Part shown: positions 27,002 through 35,947 of the stretch, one piece after another | Position numbering within the stretch: position 1 is the stretch's first letter | Layout: each line of letters starts with the position of its first letter | Origin: Pontiella sp. | GTDB taxonomy: Bacteria > Verrucomicrobiota > Kiritimatiellia > Kiritimatiellales > Pontiellaceae | Direction: 5' to 3' | DNA length: 46,792 nt | Assembly (NCBI GenBank): GCA_050297095.1 | Contig: JBNKSB010000102.1 | Span: forward strand, 1-46,792 | Made by a program: the position numbers and the translations under genes | Notes under the pieces: model-generated | Database searches by the model: none | The model's input: only the letters and a program-made list of their open reading frames with translations | What the model was told of the DNA's origin: nothing

Positions 27002-28351
27002 ATGAAAAAGACACCGTTTTGTGCGACAAGCGAACAGGATCAGGATGTGATGTTCAAAACCCTTGGCATTGCAGATTTTGACGAGCTGTTTGATGCAATC
27101 CCCGAGGATTTGAAAGCCGAAGCGCTCGATATTCCTGAAGGGCTCTCCGAGATGGAGATGATGCAGCATATCCGCAAGGTGGCCCGGAAGAATTCAACCA
27201 ACCTGGTGAATTTCTGCGGAGCCGGATTTTACGACCACTATATACCAGCAGCCGTCAACGCCCTGTCTAGCCGGGGTGAATTCTACACTGCCTATACGCC
27301 ATACCAGCCGGAAGCTTCGCAGGGTACCTTGCAGGCCGCTTTCGAGTACCAGACGGCGATCTGCCGGCTGACCGGCATGGAGGTGGCCAATGCATCGCTC
27401 TTTGATGGCGGAACGGCGCTGTTCGAGGGCATCATGATGGCGTTGCGCCATACCAAGCGCAACAAGGTGCTAGTGGACGAAGGGGTGAATCCGATCTATC
27501 GCGCCATGCTCCGTTGCTACACCCAGAATCTTTCCGTGGACTACCATGAAATAACGCTGTCAAAAAACGGCGTGGCGGATCGCAAGGCCTATGAGTCGGT
27601 TTTGGATGAAACCGTGGGAGCCGTGGTTTTGCAGAATCCCAACTTTTTCGGATGTCTCGACAACCTCACTGAATTGATTGAAAGTATTCACGCCGTTAAG
27701 GCGCTGGCCATCATGTCGTCCTATCCGATCGCACTATCACATGTCGAGACCCCCGGTGCGATGGGGGCGGATATCGTGACCGGTGAAGGGCAGAGTCTTG
27801 GGCTCCCGCTGAATTTTGGAGGTCCCTACCTCGGGTTCATGGCCACCACGAAAAAACTGGTCCGCAAGATGCCCGGTCGTATTGTCGGGGAGACGGTCGA
27901 TGGGCAAGGGAGACGAGGTTATGTGCTGACCCTTCAGGCGCGCGAGCAACATATCCGACGCGAAAAGGCCACCTCCAACATTTGCTCAAACGTGCAACTC
28001 TGTGCGTTGCGGGCCATCATCTATCTGTCGCTGGTAGGCCGCGAGGGCTTCCTCGAAGTCGGGCGCGACTGTATGGACCGCGCCAGCTATGCCTGGCACA
28101 AGATTACAAAGATTCCCGGAGTGGAACCTGCCTTTAATCGCCGCTTTTTCAACGAGTTCGCCGTACGCCTGCCGAAGGATGCCTCGGATGTTGTCAGTGC
28201 GCTGGTTGATCAGGGGATCGCCGCCGGCTTCCCCGTGGGCCGCTACTACAAGGGCATGGAAAACGTCCTTCTTCTCGCTTTCACCGAAAAGCGTACAAAG
28301 GAAGAAATCGACATCATGGTCGCCAAACTCGAAAGCGCACTGAAAGCATAG
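27002..28351 (+). CDS. gcvPA: Glycine dehydrogenase (decarboxylating) subunit 1
   Basis: GAGFYDHYIP, FYTAYTPYQPEASQGTLQ, GGPYLG, REQHIRREKATSNICSN. Confidence 0.96.
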   Translation: MKKTPFCATSEQDQDVMFKTLGIADFDELFDAIPEDLKAEALDIPEGLSEMEMMQHIRKVARKNSTNLVNFCGAGFYDHYIPAAVNALSSRGEFYTAYTPYQPEASQGTLQAAFEYQTAICRLTGMEVANASLFDGGTALFEGIMMALRHTKRNKVLVDEGVNPIYRAMLRCYTQNLSVDYHEITLSKNGVADRKAYESVLDETVGAVVLQNPNFFGCLDNLTELIESIHAVKALAIMSSYPIALSHVETPGAMGADIVTGEGQSLGLPLNFGGPYLGFMATTKKLVRKMPGRIVGETVDGQGRRGYVLTLQAREQHIRREKATSNICSNVQLCALRAIIYLSLVGREGFLEVGRDCMDRASYAWHKITKIPGVEPAFNRRFFNEFAVRLPKDASDVVSALVDQGIAAGFPVGRYYKGMENVLLLAFTEKRTKEEIDIMVAKLESALKA

Positions 28352-28362
28352 GGATTGATACG

Positions 28363-29811
28363 ATGAAACTGATCTACGAAAAATCATCTCCGGGACGACC
28401 TGGAGTTCAAATGTCTTCGATCAAGATTTCCCCCACGGAGGAGATCACGGAAAAGTATCTGCGTAGCAAGCCGGCGGACCTTCCGGAAGTTTCAGAGGCC
28501 GAGGTGGTGCGCCACTTTACGGCGCTGTCGCGCCTGAACTTTTCGGTAGATACCCATTTCTATCCGCTGGGATCGTGTACGATGAAGTACAACCCAAAGG
28601 CGTGTGAAGCGGCGGCAAACATGCCGGAGCTTACCGATGTCCACCCACTTTGGCCGCAGTTGCGCGGCGGCGGGTTGCTGACCCAGGGGTCGCTGGCGAT
28701 TCTGTACAACACCGAACGGTTGCTTTCCGAATCCACGGGCCTGGACGAGTTTACGCTCCAGCCGATGGCCGGTGCACACGGCGAACTGACCGGTGTAATG
28801 ATCATGGCGGCCTACCACAAGGATCGGGGCAATACCGAGAAGGACCATATCATCGTCCCCGATTCGGCCCATGGCACCAATCCGGCCAGCGCGCACCTTG
28901 CCGGCTATAAGGTCGTGACCGTTCCATCGGACGAGAAGGGCATGATGGATTTTGACCTTTTCAAGGCGGCGCTGAACGAAAAAACCGCCGGCGTAATGCT
29001 GACCTGTCCCAATACGCTCGGCGTCTTTGAAATGCGCATCCGGGAAATCTGTGATGCGGTGCACGAGATGGATGGATTAATGTACTACGATGGCGCAAAC
29101 TTTAACGCCATCATGGGCCGTTATCGCCCCGGCGACATGGGATTCGACATCTGCCACCTCAACCTGCACAAATCGTTTGCCACGCCGCATGGCGGCGGTG
29201 GACCGGGCTCCGGCCCTGTGGGTGTTGTGGATAAACTGCGGCCTTATCTGCCCATTTCGCGGGTGGTTAAAACCAATGACGGAACCTATTCGCTGAACTA
29301 TGACGAGCCCAGAAGCATCGGCTATATTGCGCCTTTCTATGGAAATTTCGGTGTTATTGCCCGCGCGTATGCCTACATCCTTTCGCTTGGTCGAGATGGC
29401 ATGCTGGGCACCAGTAACCGGGCCGTTCTCAATGCAAACTATTTGCAGGAAAAGCTTCGTCCCCTATTTGGGGAGGAATATCAGGGTCGCTGCATGCATG
29501 AGTTTGTGTTTTCCGGGAAATGTCTGGGGAAATACGGCATTCACACCCTCGATCTGGCGAAAGGCATGATTGATCGCGGCATTCACCCCCCGACGGTGTA
29601 TTTTCCGCTGAATGTTCCGGAAGCCTTCATGGTGGAGCCCACGGAAACCGAAGACCGCGATACGCTGGACCGGTTCGTGGAGGTCGTCGAGGAACTGTTC
29701 GAGCTTGCGAAAAACAATCCCGACGCGTTGCACGAAGCCCCCGTTTCAACACCGGTCGGGCGGTTGGATGAGGTCAAGGCGGCCCGTGATATGCGTCTTA
29801 GTTTTTCGTGA
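28363..29811 (+). CDS. gcvPB: Glycine dehydrogenase (decarboxylating) subunit 2
   Basis: YPLGSCTMKYNP, AGAHGE, SAHGTNPAS, HLNLHKSFATPHGGGGPGSGP, HPPTVYFP, EPTETE. Confidence 0.96.
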   Translation: MKLIYEKSSPGRPGVQMSSIKISPTEEITEKYLRSKPADLPEVSEAEVVRHFTALSRLNFSVDTHFYPLGSCTMKYNPKACEAAANMPELTDVHPLWPQLRGGGLLTQGSLAILYNTERLLSESTGLDEFTLQPMAGAHGELTGVMIMAAYHKDRGNTEKDHIIVPDSAHGTNPASAHLAGYKVVTVPSDEKGMMDFDLFKAALNEKTAGVMLTCPNTLGVFEMRIREICDAVHEMDGLMYYDGANFNAIMGRYRPGDMGFDICHLNLHKSFATPHGGGGPGSGPVGVVDKLRPYLPISRVVKTNDGTYSLNYDEPRSIGYIAPFYGNFGVIARAYAYILSLGRDGMLGTSNRAVLNANYLQEKLRPLFGEEYQGRCMHEFVFSGKCLGKYGIHTLDLAKGMIDRGIHPPTVYFPLNVPEAFMVEPTETEDRDTLDRFVEVVEELFELAKNNPDALHEAPVSTPVGRLDEVKAARDMRLSFS

Positions 29812-29900
29812 CAAACGAGGAATGTTTATTATCCTTTGAACGAATTTCGACTATTTTGGTCGTTTATTCGAAGTTGGTTAAACAAAAAAGGAGATCCAAC

Positions 29901-30140
29901 ATGAAGAGAATGATGAGTATTGCGATGGTTGCGCTTCTGATGGCCGGTGCTACGGCTTTGGCCTGTGACACCTGTGGTTGCAAGGAAAAGAAGGCTGAGA
30001 AGAAGGCCGAATGTGCAATGAAATGCGAAAAAGCCAAAAAGTGCGACAAATGCACTCCGGAAAAGAAGTGCGAAGCCTGCGCCAAGAAATGCGCAGCCAA
30101 GAAGGCTGAAGAAGCAAAAGAAGCTAAAGCCGCCGAATAG
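29901..30140 (+). CDS. Small secreted Cys/Lys/Ala/Glu-rich protein (hypothetical)
   Basis: AAGGAG RBS; signal peptide MKRMMSIAMVALLMAGATALA followed by a 58-aa mature part with 10 Cys; followed by a terminator. Confidence 0.8.
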   Translation: MKRMMSIAMVALLMAGATALACDTCGCKEKKAEKKAECAMKCEKAKKCDKCTPEKKCEACAKKCAAKKAEEAKEAKAAE

Positions 30141-30196
30141 TTGTTGGATATAATTGAGGGGCCCTCTCTACTGACGAGGGACTCCTGATTATAGAT

Positions 30197-30222
30197 GCCC
30201 TGCCTGCCCGGCAGGGTTTTTT
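30197..30222 (+). terminator. Intrinsic terminator after the Cys-rich gene
   Basis: GCCCTGCC-tgccc-GGCAGGGT-TTTTT. Confidence 0.75.
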
Positions 30223-30291
30223 GTTTTCCGGTGTTGCGGAGGCGTATCCTTTTTGGTTTTGTGCGGCGGTTTTTTGAGGTACCGTTTTTTG

Positions 30292-31581
30292 ATGCTCTGG
30301 TTGTTATATAATCTTTTGTTCCCGGTGGTGTTTCTCTGCATGCTGCCAAAATTTATCTCGCGCATGCTGAAACGCGGAGGATACGGGCAGCATTTTGAGC
30401 AGCGGATAGGGCATTTTGGCCATAATACCAAAGCGCGCCTGCGCAAGCGCCGCCGTGTCTGGGTGCACGCGGTCAGCGTGGGGGAAATATATGTGGCTCT
30501 CCGGTTTATCAAGGCCTATCGTGCCGCACATCCGGAAACTCTTTTTGCGCTCAGTACGACAACCTCAACAGGACATGCCATTGCTCGGCGTGAGATTGAT
30601 GATAGTGATGTCCTCTTTTATTTTCCGGTTGATTTGCCGATTGTCATTAACAAGGTGCTGCGGATCGTGAACCCGCTGCGAATCGTACTTGTGGAGGGTG
30701 AGTTCTGGCCTAATTTGATTCGCTTGGCGGATCGGCGGGGCATTCCGATTTCGCTGGTGAACGGGCGTATGTCCAAATCTTCCTTCCGGGGCTATCGCAG
30801 ACTACGGCGGCTGACAGGCGACGTACTGAGCCGGATCGATCCGATCTGCGTACAGGGCCGGTTGGATGCCGAACGGATGATCGGCATCGGCGCGCCGGAG
30901 GAAAACGTCCATATTATGGGCACCGTAAAATACGATGTGGCGGAACGGGATCCCGCCGGCGAAAAAACGGCAGAGGAGGTCATGCGGAAAATACGTGTTC
31001 CGGAAGATGCCGTTGTTTTGCTGGGCGGCTCGACCTGGCCGGGCGAGGAGGACGAGCTTTGTTCAATTTTCAGAAAACTACGAGAACGCAACCCCAAGCT
31101 CTTTTTGGTGATGGTGCCCCGGCATGTTGAGCGTGCAGATGAGGTTGTGCAGGTTTTTGATCAGCAGGCTCTTTCCTATGTGCGCCGGAGCCGAGTCGAT
31201 TCCTTCCGAGGTTCGGAGCGGCCCGATGTTCTGTTTGTGGACACCACGGGGGAGTTGCGCAATTTCTATTCGGTGGCCGATATTATATTTGTTGGAAAAA
31301 GCCTGACGCAACACGGCGGTCAAAACCCGATCGAGCCGGCCATGTATGGCAAGGCGGTTGTGGTTGGGCCCAATATGGAAAACTTTCCAGCGGTAATGGA
31401 GGAGTTTCTCCTAAAGCAGGCCGTTGAACAGGTCGATTCACCGGAGTCGCTCTTCACTGCGATTGCGCGGTTAGTTGATCATCCTTCGGAAAGGGCCGAA
31501 CTTGGATCGCGTGCCGAAAAAGTTGTTGATCAAAATCGTGGGGTTATTGAACGGACCGTGGAGCTTTTGGGCGGTAAATAG
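30292..31581 (+). CDS. waaA: 3-deoxy-D-manno-octulosonic acid (Kdo) transferase
   Basis: WVHAVSVGE, STTTSTG, E.EFWPN, NGRMS, GSTWPGEE, VPRHVER, DTTGEL, GGQNPIEPA. Confidence 0.94.
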   Translation: MLWLLYNLLFPVVFLCMLPKFISRMLKRGGYGQHFEQRIGHFGHNTKARLRKRRRVWVHAVSVGEIYVALRFIKAYRAAHPETLFALSTTTSTGHAIARREIDDSDVLFYFPVDLPIVINKVLRIVNPLRIVLVEGEFWPNLIRLADRRGIPISLVNGRMSKSSFRGYRRLRRLTGDVLSRIDPICVQGRLDAERMIGIGAPEENVHIMGTVKYDVAERDPAGEKTAEEVMRKIRVPEDAVVLLGGSTWPGEEDELCSIFRKLRERNPKLFLVMVPRHVERADEVVQVFDQQALSYVRRSRVDSFRGSERPDVLFVDTTGELRNFYSVADIIFVGKSLTQHGGQNPIEPAMYGKAVVVGPNMENFPAVMEEFLLKQAVEQVDSPESLFTAIARLVDHPSERAELGSRAEKVVDQNRGVIERTVELLGGK

Positions 31582-31640
31582 GATTGTGCAAGGCCGTGTG
31601 CTTGGATAAGTTGATAGCTCTTTAACGAGACGGAACAAAC

Positions 31641-32006
31641 ATGTCAGATACCGATATTTATAAGAAACGCGAGCCAATGCCCTATGGGAACCGGGATCCT
31701 AGACGCTCGCGTCGCAGCCGTTCGTCTGCACCCCGCCGGGCCTTTGATGACCATTCCCGGAAACGACGCAGTAAGAATTCCGGATTACGCCGCCTGCTTC
31801 ACCTCTACCGCAAAAAAGAAAACGAGAAGGTCTTTTGGTGGACCCTCCTGGGGGCAATCATTTTTATTCTATTTGCCTTGGGGCTTTGGCAATTCGTGAT
31901 CCGGGAAAAAATAATCAACGATCAAGAAAAGCAGGACGATTACGTCCGCTATCAGAAAATCATTGAACATGCCGATGAAGATGCCGTTCCGTCAGCGACG
32001 GAATAG
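31641..32006 (+). CDS. Hypothetical bitopic membrane protein with Arg/Lys-rich N-terminus
   Basis: 121-aa ORF filling the gap: basic N-terminal half, one TM helix (VFWWTLLGAIIFILFALGLWQFVI), acidic C-terminus. Confidence 0.65.
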   Translation: MSDTDIYKKREPMPYGNRDPRRSRRSRSSAPRRAFDDHSRKRRSKNSGLRRLLHLYRKKENEKVFWWTLLGAIIFILFALGLWQFVIREKIINDQEKQDDYVRYQKIIEHADEDAVPSATE

Positions 32007-32783
32007 TTTCCTCACTTTTTCAATAACCGATTCGCTTGCCCCTTTGCCGGTTGCGTAGGGGGGAGGGCTCACCTCAACATCGATCTGCTCATCCCGAAAT
32101 CCACTAAAGTGGCTGGCCTGATGCTCCAGTAAGACGTGCCGGTATTCCGTTTTTCCTGCAAAGTAGATATAGATTCCAATGAATGCTAGAAGCAGGTATC
32201 CGTTGAGTAATCCGTATATTACGAACAGAATGCAAAAGTACTTTCCCACCGTTGCTGCGATCCGGGTGGCGTCAACCCGAGTCTTCTTTGTTGCCAGCAG
32301 AGCTCGCAGTACGCGGCCGCCATCCATAGGGAATACGGGCAGTATGTTGAAGACTGCCAAGGCAATGTTGACCGCTCCGAGTTGGAGGATCAGGGGAAGG
32401 GGGGCTCCGTCGGGCTGGCTCGCGAAAAGCCTGACCCCAAGGAACAAGCCCGCTAGCCCGAGCAACAGCGATACCGCCGGCCCCGCCAGTGCAACCTGTA
32501 TTTCATCCGTGGGTCTGGTGGGAATGTTCGAAATCTTTGCCGCGCCGCCAAATGGATACAGCACGATTTCCTGAATATGGCTTCCTTTCTTTTGCGCAAC
32601 GATTGAGTGTCCCAGCTCGTGCAGGGCAACGCTGACAAAAACGCCGACTGCTCCCAGTAGCCGCATAAATCCACTAGGTGCGGAAAACCATGTCATGAAG
32701 AAAGGGAGTGCTAGAAGAAGCAACAAGTGGGCGCGAATCGGAATGCCAGATACGCGACCGAGAAGTATTGAATTTCCGCTCAT
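31992..32783 (-). CDS. Site-2 protease (peptidase M50) family zinc metalloprotease
   Basis: HELGH, LYPFGG, VALAGP, FNILPVFPMDGGR. No CBS domains. Confidence 0.92.
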   Translation of the reverse strand: MSGNSILLGRVSGIPIRAHLLLLLALPFFMTWFSAPSGFMRLLGAVGVFVSVALHELGHSIVAQKKGSHIQEIVLYPFGGAAKISNIPTRPTDEIQVALAGPAVSLLLGLAGLFLGVRLFASQPDGAPLPLILQLGAVNIALAVFNILPVFPMDGGRVLRALLATKKTRVDATRIAATVGKYFCILFVIYGLLNGYLLLAFIGIYIYFAGKTEYRHVLLEHQASHFSGFRDEQIDVEVSPPPYATGKGASESVIEKVRKLFRR

Positions 32784-32871
32784 AATCATCCTTGAAAATT
32801 GGTAATTGCGACAAAGTCGTGGCTGGGGGGGTCAAAAACAAGTGGAAACGGCGGTTTTTGTTGCATCGGCG

Positions 32872-32917
32872 TTGACACAAATCGTTAAATCGCCTTTTAT
32901 CCGGATATTCGGATAAA
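32872..32917 (+). promoter_or_regulatory. sahR-ahcY promoter with palindromic operator
   Basis: TTGACA at 32872-32877; perfect 8-bp inverted repeat TTTATCCG-GATATT-CGGATAAA at 32896-32917, overlapping the expected -10/+1 region. Confidence 0.7.
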
Positions 32918-32923
32918 TGAATA

Positions 32924-33850
32924 ATGAGTGCGATTCTTGATATTTTCAGAGCCTTGGCGGATGAGGGCCGTTTGCGCATTTTGCGGGCTGTAGACCAGGC
33001 AGAACTTTCTGTTGCTGAACTGGTGCAGGTGCTGGATGTGCCTCAATCGACCGTCAGCCGCCATTTGAAGCCGATGCGGGAGGCCGGACTGGTGGCATCA
33101 AGGCGCGAAGGCACATCGGTCTACTATAACCGGGGTCCATTGTTTCGAGATGCCGCCTTTGCACACATTCTTTCTGAAAGATTGCAGGAGATTCCTGTGG
33201 CCCATCGCGACGCCGCCGCTGTTGAACGGGTGGTTGAGTTGCGCCGGAAAAAGAGCCGCGAGTTTTTCGATGAAATAGCGGGTCGGTACGGCACGCTTAC
33301 AGAACCGGGCGGCGGTTGGCAGGCATTGGCCGCAGGGCTCGCTGCCGGTTTTTCCGGAAAGACCGTTGCCGATCTTGGTTGCGGTGAAGGGGCTTTGTCT
33401 TTGTTGCTCGCCCGCTTTGCGGAAAAGGTGGTGGCGTTTGACCAGTCGGAAAAGATGTTGGGGCTTATTGCCGAGAAGGCCACGGAACAGCACGTGCGCG
33501 AACGTCTCGACCTGCGTCTCGGAAATCTGGAAGAGCTGGACCTTTCCGGTGAATTGTTTGACGCATTGTTCCTGAGCCAGTCGTTGCATCACACATCGGA
33601 CCCGAAGGCAGTGGTACAGTCTGCGGCGAAGGGGCTAAAACCCGGCGGGCTGATGATCATTCTTGATCTTGTTCGACACGAACACGAATGGGCTCGCGAC
33701 GAATGGGCCGATCAGTGGCTGGGATTCGACCCCTTGGAAACACGGGAATGGCTTGCTCAGGCTGGACTGGAAATACAGGTTTTGGATTCGCTTCCCGGCG
33801 CTACGCCCGACCTTGCAGTGTTGATGGTGGTCGGGGAAATGAAGAACTGA
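32924..33850 (+). CDS. sahR: ArsR-HTH + SAM-binding methyltransferase-fold regulator (SahR-like)
   Basis: N-terminal ArsR HTH (FRALADEGRLRIL, QSTVSRHL, RREG), C-terminal DLGCGEG and LHH; immediately upstream of ahcY. Confidence 0.85.
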   Translation: MSAILDIFRALADEGRLRILRAVDQAELSVAELVQVLDVPQSTVSRHLKPMREAGLVASRREGTSVYYNRGPLFRDAAFAHILSERLQEIPVAHRDAAAVERVVELRRKKSREFFDEIAGRYGTLTEPGGGWQALAAGLAAGFSGKTVADLGCGEGALSLLLARFAEKVVAFDQSEKMLGLIAEKATEQHVRERLDLRLGNLEELDLSGELFDALFLSQSLHHTSDPKAVVQSAAKGLKPGGLMIILDLVRHEHEWARDEWADQWLGFDPLETREWLAQAGLEIQVLDSLPGATPDLAVLMVVGEMKN

Positions 33851-33880
33851 TTTACAACTTAAATTGAATGGAGAAACCCC

Positions 33881-35305
33881 ATGGCAGCTAAAAAGAAGAC
33901 GACGAAGAAAAAAACTGATTATGAAGTGGCGGATCTTACCCTTGCCGGTTTTGGTCGCAAGGAGATGGAATTGGCGGAATACGAAATGCCTGGCTTGATG
34001 GCGTTGCGCGAAAAGTATGGCAAGGACAAGCCCTTGAAAGGTGCGCGTATTACCGGGTCGCTGCACATGACGATCCAGACGGCGATGTTGATCGAAACCC
34101 TTCAGGAGCTGGGAGCCAAGGTACGTTGGGCAAGTTGCAATATTTTCTCAACACAGGATCATGCAGCTGCGGCTATTGCGGTTACCGGAACACCGGTGTT
34201 CGCGAAGAAGGGCGAATCGCTGGAAGAATATTGGGAGTACACCGACCGCATCCTTGACTGGGGAGATGGAAAGGGACCGAACGTGATTCTTGACGATGGC
34301 GGCGACGCAACACTCTTTGTTCAGTTGGGATGCAAGGCGGAGCAAGATCCTTCTATTCTCGACAAAAAGCCCGGCAGCGTGGAGGAGGGCATTCTATATG
34401 CCCAGTTGAAAAAGGCTCTCAAAAAAGATCCGAACCGCTTCTCTCGCATTGCCAAGGATATTCTCGGTGTCTCGGAGGAGACCACAACAGGCGTGCACCG
34501 TCTCTATCAATTGGCCGCCAAGGGCGAACTGCTGTTCCCGGCATTCAACGTCAATGACTCGGTTACCAAATCCAAGTTCGACAACCTGTATGGATGCCGC
34601 CATTCGCTGGTCGATAGTATCATGCGCGCGACTGATGTAATGTTGTCCGGCAAGATTGCCGTGGTTGCCGGCTATGGCGATGTGGGCAAAGGTTGTGCTC
34701 AATCACTGAAGGGGCAGGGGGCTCGTGTGATCGTTACGGAAATCGACCCAATCTGTGCGCTTCAGGCTGCGATGGAGGGCTACGAGGTGATGACGATGGC
34801 CGAGGCCTGTCTGATTGGCGATGTATTCGTTACGACTACGGGTTGTTGCGATGTCATAACCGAGCAATACATGAAGAAAATGAAGGACATGGCGATCGTC
34901 TGCAACATTGGACACTTCGATTCCGAAATTCAGGTCGAGAAGATGAAGAAATACAAGTGGACAAATATCAAACCGCAGGTCGACAAGATTACCCTGCCCA
35001 AAGGGAATAGCATCCTTTTGCTGGCTGAAGGGCGACTGGTGAATCTGGGGTGTGCGACCGGCCATCCAAGTTTTGTAATGAGCAACAGTTTTACCAATCA
35101 GGTGTTGGCGCAGATGGAGCTGTTCTGCAATCCGGGTAAATACCCGGTCGGCGTATACACGTTGCCGAAAATCCTGGATGAGGAAGTCGCACGACTGCAT
35201 CTTGAAAAAATTGGCGTTAAGCTCGATCATTTGAGCCGGAAACAGGCTAAATACCTAGGCGTGCCTACGGATGGCCCTTTCAAGCCAGAGCACTATCGCT
35301 ATTAA
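33881..35305 (+). CDS. ahcY: Adenosylhomocysteinase
   Basis: [66 protein letters not shown]. Confidence 0.98.
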   Translation: MAAKKKTTKKKTDYEVADLTLAGFGRKEMELAEYEMPGLMALREKYGKDKPLKGARITGSLHMTIQTAMLIETLQELGAKVRWASCNIFSTQDHAAAAIAVTGTPVFAKKGESLEEYWEYTDRILDWGDGKGPNVILDDGGDATLFVQLGCKAEQDPSILDKKPGSVEEGILYAQLKKALKKDPNRFSRIAKDILGVSEETTTGVHRLYQLAAKGELLFPAFNVNDSVTKSKFDNLYGCRHSLVDSIMRATDVMLSGKIAVVAGYGDVGKGCAQSLKGQGARVIVTEIDPICALQAAMEGYEVMTMAEACLIGDVFVTTTGCCDVITEQYMKKMKDMAIVCNIGHFDSEIQVEKMKKYKWTNIKPQVDKITLPKGNSILLLAEGRLVNLGCATGHPSFVMSNSFTNQVLAQMELFCNPGKYPVGVYTLPKILDEEVARLHLEKIGVKLDHLSRKQAKYLGVPTDGPFKPEHYRY

Positions 35306-35408
35306 GTAGGCTAGCTCATTTCATCAAATATTCCGTGCCGGCGGTCTTAACTGGGCATATTATAGAGTGAACCGCATGCCTCATTTCGGTTTAATAATCC
35401 CTAAAAGG

Positions 35409-35444
35409 TTGTGTTTGTCCGGTTTGTTCAGTATATTTTGAACA
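35409..35444 (+). promoter_or_regulatory. Putative promoter and palindromic operator at the head of the polysaccharide locus
   Basis: TTGTGT-17 nt-TATATT (35409-35437); inverted repeat TGTTCA-N8-TGAACA (35425-35444) straddles the -10 and ends 2 nt before ATG 35447. Confidence 0.6.
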
Positions 35445-35446
35445 TC

Positions 35447-35944
35447 ATGGAAAGTGTAGCGGGCAAAATTAATGGATTGAGCGAGGTGGACCGCGAGGTG
35501 GTCGCACTTTTCGTGCGCATGGCCGACTTGCTGAATTTGCCGCGTTCCGTGGGGGAAATCTATGGGGTTTTATTTATTTCTACCAAGCCACTCTGTTTAG
35601 ATGAGTGCAGGACGCGTTTGAATATCAGCAAGGGTTCGACTAGTCAGGGACTGCGGATTTTACGATCATTCGGAGCCATAAGAACCGTGTATATCCCGGG
35701 GGATCGGAAGGATTATTATGTTGCAGAAACCTCTCTGCGTAAAATAGCGGCAGGGTTTGCCAGTGAGCAAATTCAACCCCATGTTTCCAGTGGTCAGGAG
35801 CGGATTGAACACATTCGCGAGCTGCTGGCAGAGCACGACGAGGAGAAAAAGGACGTGCTTGAGGAAAAAATCGATATGCTTGAGAATTGGCAAAAAAGGG
35901 CGGGGAGGATGCTCCCGCTTGTTCTCAAGCTGATTGGAAGTTGA
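35447..35944 (+). CDS. GbsR/MarR-family winged-helix transcriptional regulator
   Basis: LPRSVGEIYGVLF....PL.LDE....LNISKGSTSQGLR.L...GAI......GDRKDYYVAE pattern. Confidence 0.85.
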   Translation: MESVAGKINGLSEVDREVVALFVRMADLLNLPRSVGEIYGVLFISTKPLCLDECRTRLNISKGSTSQGLRILRSFGAIRTVYIPGDRKDYYVAETSLRKIAAGFASEQIQPHVSSGQERIEHIRELLAEHDEEKKDVLEEKIDMLENWQKRAGRMLPLVLKLIGS

Positions 35945-35947
35945 TGA

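Noticed and set aside
29961-30137. Cys-rich protein as a multiheme cytochrome c or a DNA tandem repeat
   Set aside because: No His follows any CxxC; the repetitiveness is amino-acid low complexity, not exact DNA repeats.
35335-35360. GGCGGT as an ops/JUMPstart element
   Set aside because: It continues CT instead of AG and lies upstream of the predicted promoter; GCGGTA at about 42225 is also incomplete.
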